DNA of 64,000 nt from Candidatus Bathyarchaeia archaeon. GTDB lineage: Archaea > Thermoproteota > Bathyarchaeia > Bathyarchaeales > Bathycorpusculaceae. The DNA lies in NCBI GenBank assembly GCA_050012255.1, contig JBEKHN010000001.1, positions 64,001 to 128,000 of the forward strand, written 5' to 3'. Made by a program: the position numbers and the translations under genes. Each line of letters opens with the position of its first letter. Position 1 is the stretch's first letter. Below the pieces are notes generated by a model. That model saw nothing but the letters and a program-made list of their open reading frames with translations, had not been told where the DNA came from and ran no database searches. Below, in pieces: positions 10,569 to 19,919 of the stretch.

Positions 10569-11069
10569 ATGAAAGAAGAGAAAATGGACAAGCTCCTGCG
10601 CGAGCTGATCCGAGATTCAAGGAGAAGCGACAGGGAACTGGCCCGAGCAATCGGGACGTCTCAGCCGACTGTGACGAGGAACAGAAAGCTGCTGGAAGAC
10701 TACATCAGAAGCTACACGATCGTCCCCGAGTTCCACAAGATTGGCTACGAAATCCTAGCCATAACGTTTGCAAAGACGAAGACATACGGAAAAGAAGAGG
10801 TTGAAAGGAAGCTTGACTTGGCAAAGAAATGGACGACGCAGCATCCCAACATTCTTTTCGCCTCCGACGGAGAAGGCTTGGGAAAGGATGCGGTCATGGT
10901 GTCGGTTCACAGGGACTACTCGAAATACGCAGATTTCATGAGAGACTACACGGTCAAGTTTTCAGACTTCATAACGGATGTTCAGTCATTTATCGTGAGC
11001 TTGAAAACGGGGATAATGATTAAACCATTCGACCTCGCTTACCTTTCAGAAGACATCAGCATCGAGTAG
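10569..11069 (+). CDS. Lrp/AsnC family transcriptional regulator
   Basis: DSRRSDRELARAIGTSQPTVTRNRKLLE HTH; I..YTIVP.F.KIGY. Confidence 0.85.
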   Translation: MKEEKMDKLLRELIRDSRRSDRELARAIGTSQPTVTRNRKLLEDYIRSYTIVPEFHKIGYEILAITFAKTKTYGKEEVERKLDLAKKWTTQHPNILFASDGEGLGKDAVMVSVHRDYSKYADFMRDYTVKFSDFITDVQSFIVSLKTGIMIKPFDLAYLSEDISIE

Positions 11070-11114
11070 CGGCTGCACGGATCTTTTCGCGTTCTGCCCA
11101 GAATTAGAAACGCT

Positions 11115-11173
11115 ACATCCCTGTATTCGCGTTTTCACCCCCTGTATTTGACCTACCCCCTCCCCCCTAGGGT
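11115..11173. repeat. Dispersed intergenic element, copy 1 (G-tract rich on the minus strand)
   Basis: ACATCCCTGTATTCGCGTTTTCAC...CCTACCCCCTC resembles 19829-19876. Confidence 0.6.
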
Positions 11174-11421
11174 ACTAGTACTACACACAGGCATTGGAGA
11201 AGGCCCTACTGACTTGGGGCGGGCATGAAGCAAGGCCCACGGTGAGGACTTAGGAGAGAGTCTCTGCAAGGGAGCACTTTTCAATGCACTATACGTCACC
11301 GCATCTTGTGATTTCGTCTGCCTTGGCCACCTCATGGAATGCGTCAGACTTTCAGCCTTGCAGACAGCCTGCAACGAGAGAAAGGGACTAAAGTGCGCCG
11401 CAAGTCAACAGTTCTATAGAT

Positions 11422-11430
11422 CTTAAATAG
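11422..11430 (+). promoter_or_regulatory. Probable TATA box of the SmAP3 gene
   Basis: CTTAAATAG about 30 nt upstream of the GTG at 11457. Confidence 0.4.
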
Positions 11431-11456
11431 ACCTTTCACAGATTCACCTTGGTAAG

Positions 11457-11897
11457 GTGTGTTCAGAATTGTCAGTGGCGCAGAGAAAATTTTTCACTGA
11501 AGTGTCAGCGTTGGCAGACAAGAACGTGATAGTTGTGACCGCGAGTGGAAAGAAGTTCAGCGGCAATTTGATAGGCATCAACCCAGATACTCTTAGCCTG
11601 TGCCTTTCAGGGGCAAAGGATGAAGAAGGAAGGATACTTCACAGAGTTTTTGTCAACGGGAACACCGTGTCTCAGATATTGACTGTTGAAAAGCCTTTTG
11701 ACATGAAGGCGCTGGCCGATCGCCTTGAAAAAGTGTTTCCAACGATGGTTAGGCTTTACGAAGACAAGGGTTTCATCTGGGTTATGGACAAGGTTAAGAT
11801 AACTGAGAAAGGCGTTGTGGAAGGTTCAGGTCCGGCTGCTGAGCGTGTACAAAAGGTCTACGAGCAGTTCATGGGTGAAGCTAAGGGCAAGAGCTAG
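11457..11897 (+). CDS. Sm-like archaeal protein SmAP3 (Lsm plus C-terminal domain)
   Basis: Sm1/Sm2 pattern (GKKFSGNLIGIN..TLSL.L..A; RVFVNGNTVSQI) plus C-terminal FDMKALADRLEKVFP...GVVEGSGPAAERV. Confidence 0.8.
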   Translation: MCSELSVAQRKFFTEVSALADKNVIVVTASGKKFSGNLIGINPDTLSLCLSGAKDEEGRILHRVFVNGNTVSQILTVEKPFDMKALADRLEKVFPTMVRLYEDKGFIWVMDKVKITEKGVVEGSGPAAERVQKVYEQFMGEAKGKS

Positions 11898-12646
11898 ATA
11901 AACCAGCGGAACCGCTGTTCCTCTCTCTTCTTTTCTTCTCCAACATTTCTGATCAGGCCGAAGGATTCCAGTATCTTCTCAGTCTCTTCTGCAGCCGTGT
12001 CTAGCCTTGAAAGGTCAATGTTCATGCTCAAAAACTTGTTCAAAGCTGACAGCAAGGTGCGCGTCGCATTCACATCAGGATGCGTGCCCAAAGTGTCCAC
12101 GAGAAGCGAAAAACTCTTCACGCCTCGAAGCTTGGCCAACCCCACCATGATGCCAGCGATTCCGAATATTTCCCCAACCATTATTTTGGTCCCGAGGGCT
12201 AAGGCTTCTTCGAGAGTTTCATGGTCGGACGCAGCACAGTACATCTGCGGAGGCGTCTTGACTTCTTCTTGCCTGTACCCACCGAGAGTTATCACGTACT
12301 TGCAGTTCAACTCTTTGGCAACATCCAGAACACGACCACAAAGTTCATACTGCCCCGAAGTTGTCAAGGCCTGAGTGTTGCCATACCAAACGATGATGTC
12401 ACGCTCACCGTTCTTGCCCTTGTAATAGTAAAGTTCGTTTACAGGAGACCGTATCCTCCCATTCTCAATAGTGACTGCGAGATCTTGAAACGCCGAAGAA
12501 TGAATCTCGGCGAAGCGTTCAGCCTTCAACTCATGGATCAAATGCAGACCCGCGATGTTGGCCACAAAACCTATCCCTGGCAACCCTTCGATCAACACTG
12601 GATCTCGAAGCTTCGGTTTCTCGAAGACCTCAACCACGCAGACCAT
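11894..12646 (-). CDS. Proteasome assembly chaperone (PAC2 family)
   Basis: PVLIEGLPGIGFVANIA, YVITLGGY, GEIFGIAG. Confidence 0.85.
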   Translation of the reverse strand: MVCVVEVFEKPKLRDPVLIEGLPGIGFVANIAGLHLIHELKAERFAEIHSSAFQDLAVTIENGRIRSPVNELYYYKGKNGERDIIVWYGNTQALTTSGQYELCGRVLDVAKELNCKYVITLGGYRQEEVKTPPQMYCAASDHETLEEALALGTKIMVGEIFGIAGIMVGLAKLRGVKSFSLLVDTLGTHPDVNATRTLLSALNKFLSMNIDLSRLDTAAEETEKILESFGLIRNVGEEKKREEQRFRWFI

Positions 12647-12735
12647 CTGATCATATCCTCGGTGCTCACGTGAACGCGTAGTAGATGAAGAATAACGGTA
12701 TAAGTGTGTTTTGATAAAAGCAAGACGGTCTGTGA

Positions 12736-14784
12736 CTATTGGAAGGCGACGAGGCTCATCTTTTCTAGGTCTCGCAGAAACTTCAACACGTATTCTGGAT
12801 TGGTCTCACTGTATTCGGCTGATACAGCATTTAGAATTTCGTGTAAGCTTCGTTTTCCATTCATGAAGTTTAGAATTTCAGCTGCTTTCCTGTGGAATTC
12901 GCTGTCTTTCTCGTCGATTTCCCGGTACCACTCAAACTCTTTTTCGCTCAAGCCTTTTCTTACGGCTTCGAAATCAAGCGTTCCCTTGAACAGTCTCTTG
13001 GGAACTAACTTCCTCAGCTCATTCTTCGTGTCCCCTGCTTCAACCGTGACCGGAAGTGTCAATGCCCAGGTTTTGGCAACGAAGTTCAAGGCTTGAAGAA
13101 GCCTCGCAACTTCCTTTTTGCCGAAATCTGCAGTGTCTTTGCAGTATTCGTCTAGAAGGGCTTTCAACTCTTGGGTCTGTCCAACCCGCGTCACCGACTT
13201 GACCGCTTGCTGCTCGCGCCAGACAATATGGTCTATCTTGTTCTCGTAGCGCTGCGCCGTTTTCACCAGTTCCTTAGCCAGTTCCTCTGGCTTATCTTTG
13301 AGCTTCTGATCTCTTTTCTTTTCGAACAGCGTTTCAACTGCTTCTCGTCCAGCTTCTTCGATTCTCCCGATGCCTCTTGAGGCGGTCTGGGTTGCCAACA
13401 GAAACGCTTCTTCCGCTTCAGCGCTTGCGAGTGTCAGGGCTGCAACCGTTGCGATCCATCCAACACGTTTCAGACTGTCAGGACTGACCTTGTCGATAGT
13501 GTCCATGCTTGTGTGGTAGTAGAGGTCGGGCCATTGCAACAGCATGATGCACGGCACGCCTATGGTGGAGTCGGTGAATTCTGCGTGATCGCTTCCCCCG
13601 CTGAAAGCACCCGTAGCGTAGCGAAACGTGGATGTTGAACCGAAGGCCGATGATGAATCGAATTCTTTCACCGATTCTTCCATGAGGCTGAAAACGAAGT
13701 CGTTCAGGTATGAAGGCAGAGAGTCTGGAGTGCGGTCAAGGTTAAGCGTGGATTTGCACAACTCTTGGTTTTGACCGACCATGTCCAAGTTTATCCCCGC
13801 AACCAGCTTCGGCGGCAAGTCTTCATGGCCATGAAGATAGGCTATTGAGCCGAAAGTCTCAGGAACCCAGATGAAGCGTATCGTCCTGGCTGGCCTTTCA
13901 ATCTTGCCTTTGGCAATCAAGGCTATAATGGTTCTGGCAACTTCGAGAAGGAGGCCGCTGCCGGAAGCGTTATCGTTAGCGCTGGGCTTCGGATGGCACA
14001 GGTGTGCAATCAAGAATACCTCTTCGTCTGGCTTTGACATGCCAGGAATTGTAGCGGTTACAACGTCCAAGTTGCTGGGGAACAGCTGCGCTTCGACGTT
14101 TGCTTTCAGCTTGACTGGTTTGCCGCCTTTGAGCAGGGCCCTAAGATGATTTCCCTGTCGTTTACTCAGGGAGAAACCAAATCTCACCTTTGGAAGTTCG
14201 TCTGCGCTTGGCCAGATCGATTGATACGCGTGCGCGTCGGGTACGTCTACGCTTTCTCTGACGTCTGGCATTTCGAAGGTTATCGTGTCAGTAATAACGC
14301 CAGCGGCATCGTGCTTGTAGACGGCTAGCTCATGTACTCGTCTGGCTCTGCCTGTTGCCAGCACGAATTTTCCTTTCACATCTTTTCCTTCGTAGTCTGC
14401 CGGCTTAGTTCCTGCTCCAACGTCAACGAGCTCCGCCGTGACCCCTTCCGGCGGTGTCGCGCTGCTGCAGGTGTGTAAGCATTGGGGAACATCCTCATAT
14501 GTCGCAATCAGCTTTTCTTGAGGCTCGATGAGGCGAAGTTCAGCACTTTTGACCGTCCAGCCGACTGGTGAAGTGTACGTCCAGTATTTCTTCTTTCCAT
14601 CAGCAGGAAACTGTTCGATAGTGGCATCGTTCAAGCCCATGCTTACCAATTCGCTCTTCACGTACTCTGCGGCTTCATGAAACATGGTGGAAGCCTGAAT
14701 CCTGTGGAAACGCGAGATCTGCGCCACAAACGACTTGGCCACGTTCCCGGAAATCTCTTCCTTGACAACCTTGTTCAGACTCAT
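12736..14784 (-). CDS. M28 family aminopeptidase-like protein with PA domain (DUF4910-like)
   Basis: AHLCHPKPSANDNASG, WVPET, GGSDH, YYHTSMDT; start moved to ATG 14784 because the longer ORF overlaps tgtA. Confidence 0.8.
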   Translation of the reverse strand: MSLNKVVKEEISGNVAKSFVAQISRFHRIQASTMFHEAAEYVKSELVSMGLNDATIEQFPADGKKKYWTYTSPVGWTVKSAELRLIEPQEKLIATYEDVPQCLHTCSSATPPEGVTAELVDVGAGTKPADYEGKDVKGKFVLATGRARRVHELAVYKHDAAGVITDTITFEMPDVRESVDVPDAHAYQSIWPSADELPKVRFGFSLSKRQGNHLRALLKGGKPVKLKANVEAQLFPSNLDVVTATIPGMSKPDEEVFLIAHLCHPKPSANDNASGSGLLLEVARTIIALIAKGKIERPARTIRFIWVPETFGSIAYLHGHEDLPPKLVAGINLDMVGQNQELCKSTLNLDRTPDSLPSYLNDFVFSLMEESVKEFDSSSAFGSTSTFRYATGAFSGGSDHAEFTDSTIGVPCIMLLQWPDLYYHTSMDTIDKVSPDSLKRVGWIATVAALTLASAEAEEAFLLATQTASRGIGRIEEAGREAVETLFEKKRDQKLKDKPEELAKELVKTAQRYENKIDHIVWREQQAVKSVTRVGQTQELKALLDEYCKDTADFGKKEVARLLQALNFVAKTWALTLPVTVEAGDTKNELRKLVPKRLFKGTLDFEAVRKGLSEKEFEWYREIDEKDSEFHRKAAEILNFMNGKRSLHEILNAVSAEYSETNPEYVLKFLRDLEKMSLVAFQ

Positions 14785-14866
14785 ACTCAAACCACACAGC
14801 CTAAGCGGTAATGGTATGTGGTGAATGTTTTTTATATTTGTGCTTGTCAGTCTTGTGTAAGGTCTG

Positions 14867-16483
14867 ATGATGTCCTTTGAAATCAGAGAAAAAGCTTTGC
14901 TTGCAAGGGTTGGCCGACTCAGAACAAAGAGCGGAACCGTCGAGACTCCCCTGTTTTTTCCGGTGGTAAACCCGACAGTCCAGCCGATCTCTCCGAGAAA
15001 GATCCGTGAAGAGTTTGGCTTTGAGGCCCTGATAACCAACGCTTACATACTGAAAAAACACTTACAGAACCAGCCTGCACAAAACGGTTTGCACGACTTT
15101 CTGGATTTCAAAGGAGCGGTGATGACTGATTCTGGGGCGTACCAGATCCTGGTCTACGGAGACGTGGAAGTAACCCCGAAGGAAATTGTTGAGTATCAGG
15201 AGATGATAGGTTCAGACATCGCCACGATACTGGACATACCGACAGGTTGGAAGGTGACGGAAGAAGGTGCAAGCGAGACCGTGATGGAAACGTTGAAGCG
15301 TGCAAGGGACTTTTTCAAACAGAGAACTAGAGACGACATTCTTTGGGTCGGCCCAGTTCAAGGAGGAAGATACCTGGACCTTGTGGCCAAATCGGCCAAA
15401 GCAATGGGAAAGCTGCCGTTCGAGATAAACGCGCTGGGAAGCCCCACTGAAGTTATGGAACGCTACAGGTTTGATGTTTTGGTTGACATGATAATGGCTG
15501 CGAAGATGAACTTACCCGTTGAGCGGCCCCTGCACCTTTTCGGGGCAGGGCACCCCTTCATGTTCGCTCTGGCAGTGGCTCTCGGATGCGACTTCTTCGA
15601 CTCGGCAGCCTACTCCCTGTTCGCAAAAGAAAATCGTTACATGACGGAGACTGGTACGGCAAGGCTGGGTGACCTGGAGTATTTCCCATGTGCGTGTCCA
15701 AGATGCACCAGAACAACCCCAAAAGAAGCATTCGAGATGCCTTCAACCGACAGGCAGGTGTTCCTTGCGGAACACAACCTCTATGTCTGCGCCGCCGAGA
15801 TGAAGCGCGTGAAGCAGGCAATAAAGGACGGCAGACTTTGGGAACATCTGCAGATGCGCGCGCACGGACACCCGTCGCTCCTTCAGGCACTCAGAAGACT
15901 GGGAAAATACCAAGATTTCATCGAAAAGAATGATCCTGTGGTGAAAAACAGCGGACTCTTCTTCTTCGACTCTGTCGACTTGACCCGACCAGAAGTTGTT
16001 CGCCACAGGAAGAGACTCGCAGGAAGATACGCTCCTCCGGCCGCAAGCATTCTGCTGCTTGTACCCCAAACCAGAATGAAGCCTTTTCACAAGTCCAGAG
16101 ATTTCAGAAAACTTGGAAGTCAACTGTCCGAAAAGCTCGGGGCGGAGCAAAGCAAGATCCACGCGTGCTTCTACGCTGCTCCCTTCGGCATAGTTCCACA
16201 CGAGCTCGACGAGGTCTATCCGCTTTCGCAGTATGAGACCGTTCTTCCTCCTGACGCGGAAACGGTGAGTTACGTTGCAGACCAAGTAGCCGAGTATATT
16301 GCACACAATAGTTATGAAATGGTCATACTGCTCAACGATTCCATAAATTGGGGAAGATCGATCCTGAAAGCGTCCAGAAAAGCCTGCTTGAAAAGCAAAG
16401 TGAGTTTTCAATGCTTCAACACTGATGAAAAGCAAGAAGAGGCCCTGCTGACGCTCTTAGGGAAAATTCTGCGCAGAAATTGA
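14867..16483 (+). CDS. tgtA: Archaeosine tRNA-guanine(15) transglycosylase
   Basis: VMTDSGAYQ, PVQGG, HLFGAGHP, FFDSAAY, CACPRC..HN zinc site; no C-terminal PUA domain seen. Confidence 0.92.
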   Translation: MMSFEIREKALLARVGRLRTKSGTVETPLFFPVVNPTVQPISPRKIREEFGFEALITNAYILKKHLQNQPAQNGLHDFLDFKGAVMTDSGAYQILVYGDVEVTPKEIVEYQEMIGSDIATILDIPTGWKVTEEGASETVMETLKRARDFFKQRTRDDILWVGPVQGGRYLDLVAKSAKAMGKLPFEINALGSPTEVMERYRFDVLVDMIMAAKMNLPVERPLHLFGAGHPFMFALAVALGCDFFDSAAYSLFAKENRYMTETGTARLGDLEYFPCACPRCTRTTPKEAFEMPSTDRQVFLAEHNLYVCAAEMKRVKQAIKDGRLWEHLQMRAHGHPSLLQALRRLGKYQDFIEKNDPVVKNSGLFFFDSVDLTRPEVVRHRKRLAGRYAPPAASILLLVPQTRMKPFHKSRDFRKLGSQLSEKLGAEQSKIHACFYAAPFGIVPHELDEVYPLSQYETVLPPDAETVSYVADQVAEYIAHNSYEMVILLNDSINWGRSILKASRKACLKSKVSFQCFNTDEKQEEALLTLLGKILRRN

Positions 16484-16493
16484 GGAAACAAGC

Positions 16494-17099
16494 TTGATCC
16501 AAGCCGACCTGCATATACATACAAAATACTCATTTGATTCCTCAATAAACCCGAAGTCGCTGGTAGACCAGCTTTACTCTCACCAATCAATCAAAGTAAT
16601 AGCCATAACTGATCACAACACGGTCGAAGGCTATCATAAAGTCCGAGAATTGGCCTCTGCATATTCGGACATTCTTGTGATTCCGGGGATTGAAATAGGC
16701 ACACCACTGGGCGACTTAATAGTCTTGGGCACAGATGAAGCTCCTCCCAAACCCTGGGACGTGAATGGCGTGATCAGTTTTGCTGAGGAAAAAGACGGTG
16801 TGGTCATTGTTCCACACCCGTATAGAGAGTACGGCCTGGGAAGCTCGGCCAAGCTCTACGCTGTCGACGCCATAGAGACTCTGAACGGCTCAACATCGCT
16901 TCACATGAATAAGCTGGCTGAAAACTTGGCTAAAGAAATGGGCCTTCCCGGCGTTGCTGGCAGCGACGCTCACAACGTCGATGAACTGTGGACTGTCCGT
17001 AATGAAATTCAAGCTTCTTTAGATGTTGATGAGGTTCTCAAGGCCATTAAGAAGGGTTTGGTGAAACCTTTTTCGACTGGAAAGTCAATACATTTTTAA
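16494..17099 (+). CDS. PHP-domain phosphoesterase
   Basis: DLHIHT..S.D, AITDHN, PHP, GSDAH. Confidence 0.88.
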   Translation: MIQADLHIHTKYSFDSSINPKSLVDQLYSHQSIKVIAITDHNTVEGYHKVRELASAYSDILVIPGIEIGTPLGDLIVLGTDEAPPKPWDVNGVISFAEEKDGVVIVPHPYREYGLGSSAKLYAVDAIETLNGSTSLHMNKLAENLAKEMGLPGVAGSDAHNVDELWTVRNEIQASLDVDEVLKAIKKGLVKPFSTGKSIHF

Positions 17100-17141
17100 A
17101 ACAGCGCAGGGCATGTTTACTGAAACAGCGGTTGAAAAGAA

Positions 17142-18407
17142 ATGGGACAGCTGCAAGTTGGATTTCTGGGTGGCACCCAAGAAGTTGGCAGGATAGCAAT
17201 AACGGTTAAGACCGAAAAAACTCAGGTTTTGCTTGACTACGGGGCCATGTTGGACCATGAACCTGGGTTTCCCAGGCATATACCGCCGAAGGATGTTGAT
17301 GGAATAATTCTGTCCCACAGTCATCTGGACCATTCAGGTGCTATTCCGATATTCTACATTCAGGGAAAGAAACCGCTCTACACAAACAGGCTGACCATGG
17401 AGCTGAATCAGCTATTGATATCAGACTTCATCCACCTGTCCAGCTATTACCTGCCGTTTGAATTCTTGGAACTCAAGTCGATGATGCAGAACAGCAAGCA
17501 CGTCGACTTCGACGTCGAACAGAAAGTCGGAGACATGGCATTCCAGTTTAAGAACGCCGGACACATCCCAGGGAGCACGCAGACGCTTATCGAAGCTGAA
17601 GGTAAGAGGCTGCTTTACACCGGCGACTTCAACATCATGAACACGAGACTGCTTGAGGGTGCGAAAATGAACTACGGAGACCTTGATGCGGTGATAATCG
17701 AGAGCACGTATGCGAACGAAGACCACACGGAACGCTCGGAGCTGGAAAAACGATTCGTGGACTCGTGCACAGAAGTCGTGGAAAAAGGCGGCGTAGTCTT
17801 GGTTCCAGCCTTCGGAGTCGGCAGGTCGCAGGAGCTGGCCTGCGTTTTGGCAGCTCATCACTTTGAACACCCAGTCACGATCGACGGGATGGCCCGTGAA
17901 GTGAGCAGGGTGATGATGAATTACTCGCAGTTTCTCAGGGACGAGAGAGCCTTTTCTGATGCCATACACGCGACCAACTGGGTTGAGGGGTGGAGAGACC
18001 GGAGAAAAGCCGCGAGAATGCCCGGCGTCATCATCTCGCCCGCTGGCATGCTTAAAGGTGGCCCTGCTGTCTTTTACACTTCAAAGGTCGGGAAGAGGTC
18101 AGAGAACGCGGTGTTTCTGGTCAGCTACCAGATTCCGGGAACACCTGGAAAGGAGCTGCTTGAGAAGCGTATATGCGTCATCGACGGGAAGATGAGGAAG
18201 ATCAAAGCTCGCGTTGAACACTTTGATTTTTCATCCCATTGCGGAGCAAGCGAGCTTCGAGAAGCCCTGAAGAGACTCGGCGGAAAACCGAAGGTCTTCG
18301 TGGTTCACGGGGCAGAGGGGAACTGTGAACTCTTGGCAAAATGGGCACGGAGCGAAATGGGACTCGAAGCCACGGCGCCGAAGACCGGCGAGACATTCAA
18401 GGTCTAG
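17142..18407 (+). CDS. Beta-CASP metallo-beta-lactamase ribonuclease (aCPSF2-like)
   Basis: GGTQEVGR, HSHLDH, AGHIPGS, YTGD, ESTY, FSSH, VVHG. Confidence 0.88.
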   Translation: MGQLQVGFLGGTQEVGRIAITVKTEKTQVLLDYGAMLDHEPGFPRHIPPKDVDGIILSHSHLDHSGAIPIFYIQGKKPLYTNRLTMELNQLLISDFIHLSSYYLPFEFLELKSMMQNSKHVDFDVEQKVGDMAFQFKNAGHIPGSTQTLIEAEGKRLLYTGDFNIMNTRLLEGAKMNYGDLDAVIIESTYANEDHTERSELEKRFVDSCTEVVEKGGVVLVPAFGVGRSQELACVLAAHHFEHPVTIDGMAREVSRVMMNYSQFLRDERAFSDAIHATNWVEGWRDRRKAARMPGVIISPAGMLKGGPAVFYTSKVGKRSENAVFLVSYQIPGTPGKELLEKRICVIDGKMRKIKARVEHFDFSSHCGASELREALKRLGGKPKVFVVHGAEGNCELLAKWARSEMGLEATAPKTGETFKV

Positions 18408-18421
18408 AGAGAACAGGAAAG

Positions 18422-18991
18422 ATGAAGATCGGAGTCTTGCGCATCGGCCAGGTTGATTCTGACACCACAAAAAGGATTCAGGAGAGCATCAGCACGATTT
18501 TCACGCAGACAAAGTGCATAGTAATCGATGAGGAAATTCCATTGCCCGAAGAAGCGTTCAACAAGGCGAGAAAACAACACCGTTCGGAGGTTATTCTGAG
18601 AAAAGTGAGAAGCTACGCTGAGAAGAGTCACTTCGACCGGGTTCTCGGGATTGCCGACATTGACGTTTTCGTACCAACGTTGAACTTTGTCTTCGGACAA
18701 GCAGACTACGATGGAAGAGCAGCGTTGATCTCGCTCTGGCGACTCAGACCAGAGTACTACGGAGACCTCCCAAACGAGCAACTGTTTGATGAGAGAAGCG
18801 TGAAAGAGGCGGTTCACGAGCTTGGACACACTTTGGGTTTAGAGCACTGTTCCAACGTGTTCTGCGTCATGCACTTTTCCAGCTCTATCTATGAAACAGA
18901 CGTAAAACACAGCTTGTTCTGCGACAAATGCTCAATCAAAATAGAAGCAGCCATAACCGGACTTGGTAAGAACCATGAAGGACAAGTTTAG
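18422..18991 (+). CDS. amzA: Archaemetzincin (M54 zinc metalloprotease)
   Basis: KEAVHELGHTLGLEHC...CVMHFS...FC..C. Confidence 0.9.
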   Translation: MKIGVLRIGQVDSDTTKRIQESISTIFTQTKCIVIDEEIPLPEEAFNKARKQHRSEVILRKVRSYAEKSHFDRVLGIADIDVFVPTLNFVFGQADYDGRAALISLWRLRPEYYGDLPNEQLFDERSVKEAVHELGHTLGLEHCSNVFCVMHFSSSIYETDVKHSLFCDKCSIKIEAAITGLGKNHEGQV

Positions 18992-19796
18992 AGCCGAACC
19001 CATTCACTTGCTACCAGTAGTGGCAAGCCTACTCGTCGGAGTCTTCTGCGCCTCAATAGTCCTGGTCGCACCGGTTAACCTCTACGCGGTCACGCCTTTT
19101 CCAGAGAGCACTGCAGGCTCACTAGGCAACGGACTTTACTTCGTCGTACTCGCAGCAGTCGGCGCCTCTCTGCTATATCTGCTGCTGAGACGCAGGAACC
19201 TCAAGTTGGTCACGCTGATAACGGGCTTCGCCATCACAGCCGCAGCCTTCTTGCTTTCCGTGGTATATCTCTACGCTGCATTATCGATCTTCGACATTCC
19301 CTACACCACTGTGCTAGTTTTAGTCCTAGCAGTGCCCATCACTGTGTTAGCCGACCTAGCAATCTTTCGAGCACGTGGCAGAGGCTACCGCTTGGCAATA
19401 TTGCTGCTCGGCGGAGCTCTGGGCGCCTTCCTAGGAATGTCAATTCCCATTCTGAGTGCAGTTTTGATTCTGAGTTTTCTGGCCGTGTACGACGTTTTCG
19501 CTGTCTACCGTGGACCAGTGGGAAAAATAGCTCAGGCTGGGCTCGAACGGCTCCGCGGCCTAAGCGTGTCTTTCAAGGATGTCCAAATCGGGCTGGGTGA
19601 CTTGACCTTTTATTCTATGCTCACGGCTCTGGTTCTAACCAATGCAGGTCCTGCCCTCTGTGTTGTCTCGATCATAGGCGTGCTCATCGGAGCATTTTTA
19701 GCCCTAAAGATGCTGGAAAGAAGGGGAATATTTCCCGGTTTGCCCTTCCCAGTGGCTTTAGGCCTTGCGCCTCTGATCGTATTGCTTTTCCACTAG
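18975..19796 (+). CDS. Presenilin/signal-peptide-peptidase-like GxGD intramembrane aspartyl protease
   Basis: Multi-pass membrane protein; YDVFAVY, GLGDL and C-terminal PGLP (PAL-like) motifs. Confidence 0.85.
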   Translation: MKDKFRAEPIHLLPVVASLLVGVFCASIVLVAPVNLYAVTPFPESTAGSLGNGLYFVVLAAVGASLLYLLLRRRNLKLVTLITGFAITAAAFLLSVVYLYAALSIFDIPYTTVLVLVLAVPITVLADLAIFRARGRGYRLAILLLGGALGAFLGMSIPILSAVLILSFLAVYDVFAVYRGPVGKIAQAGLERLRGLSVSFKDVQIGLGDLTFYSMLTALVLTNAGPALCVVSIIGVLIGAFLALKMLERRGIFPGLPFPVALGLAPLIVLLFH

Positions 19797-19828
19797 TCGA
19801 CAGTGCAAAACAAGACTTGAGAGCAACA

Positions 19829-19893
19829 ACATCCCCTGTTTCGCGTTTTCACTCGTCCAACACGCCTACCCCCCTCGGTTTTCTTCGCGCGCG
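19829..19893. repeat. Dispersed intergenic element, copy 2, followed by a CGCGCGCG tract
   Basis: ACATCCCCTGTTTCGCGTTTTCAC...CCTACCCCCCTC resembles 11115-11162. Confidence 0.6.
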
Positions 19894-19919
19894 TGCGAGG
19901 TTTAAATATGCACTTGTGT

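Noticed and set aside
11070-11450. RNase P or SRP RNA gene
   Set aside because: Conserved signatures (GAGGAAAGUCC, SRP helix 8 motif) were not found on either strand
14785-15039. N-terminal extension of the M28 peptidase ORF
   Set aside because: Runs through the divergent promoter region and overlaps the tgtA start
15743-16435. Long antisense ORFs (this one, 34379-35047, 58443-59036, 45679-46227, 17421-17969 and similar)
   Set aside because: They shadow well-supported genes on the opposite strand and carry no recognisable motifs
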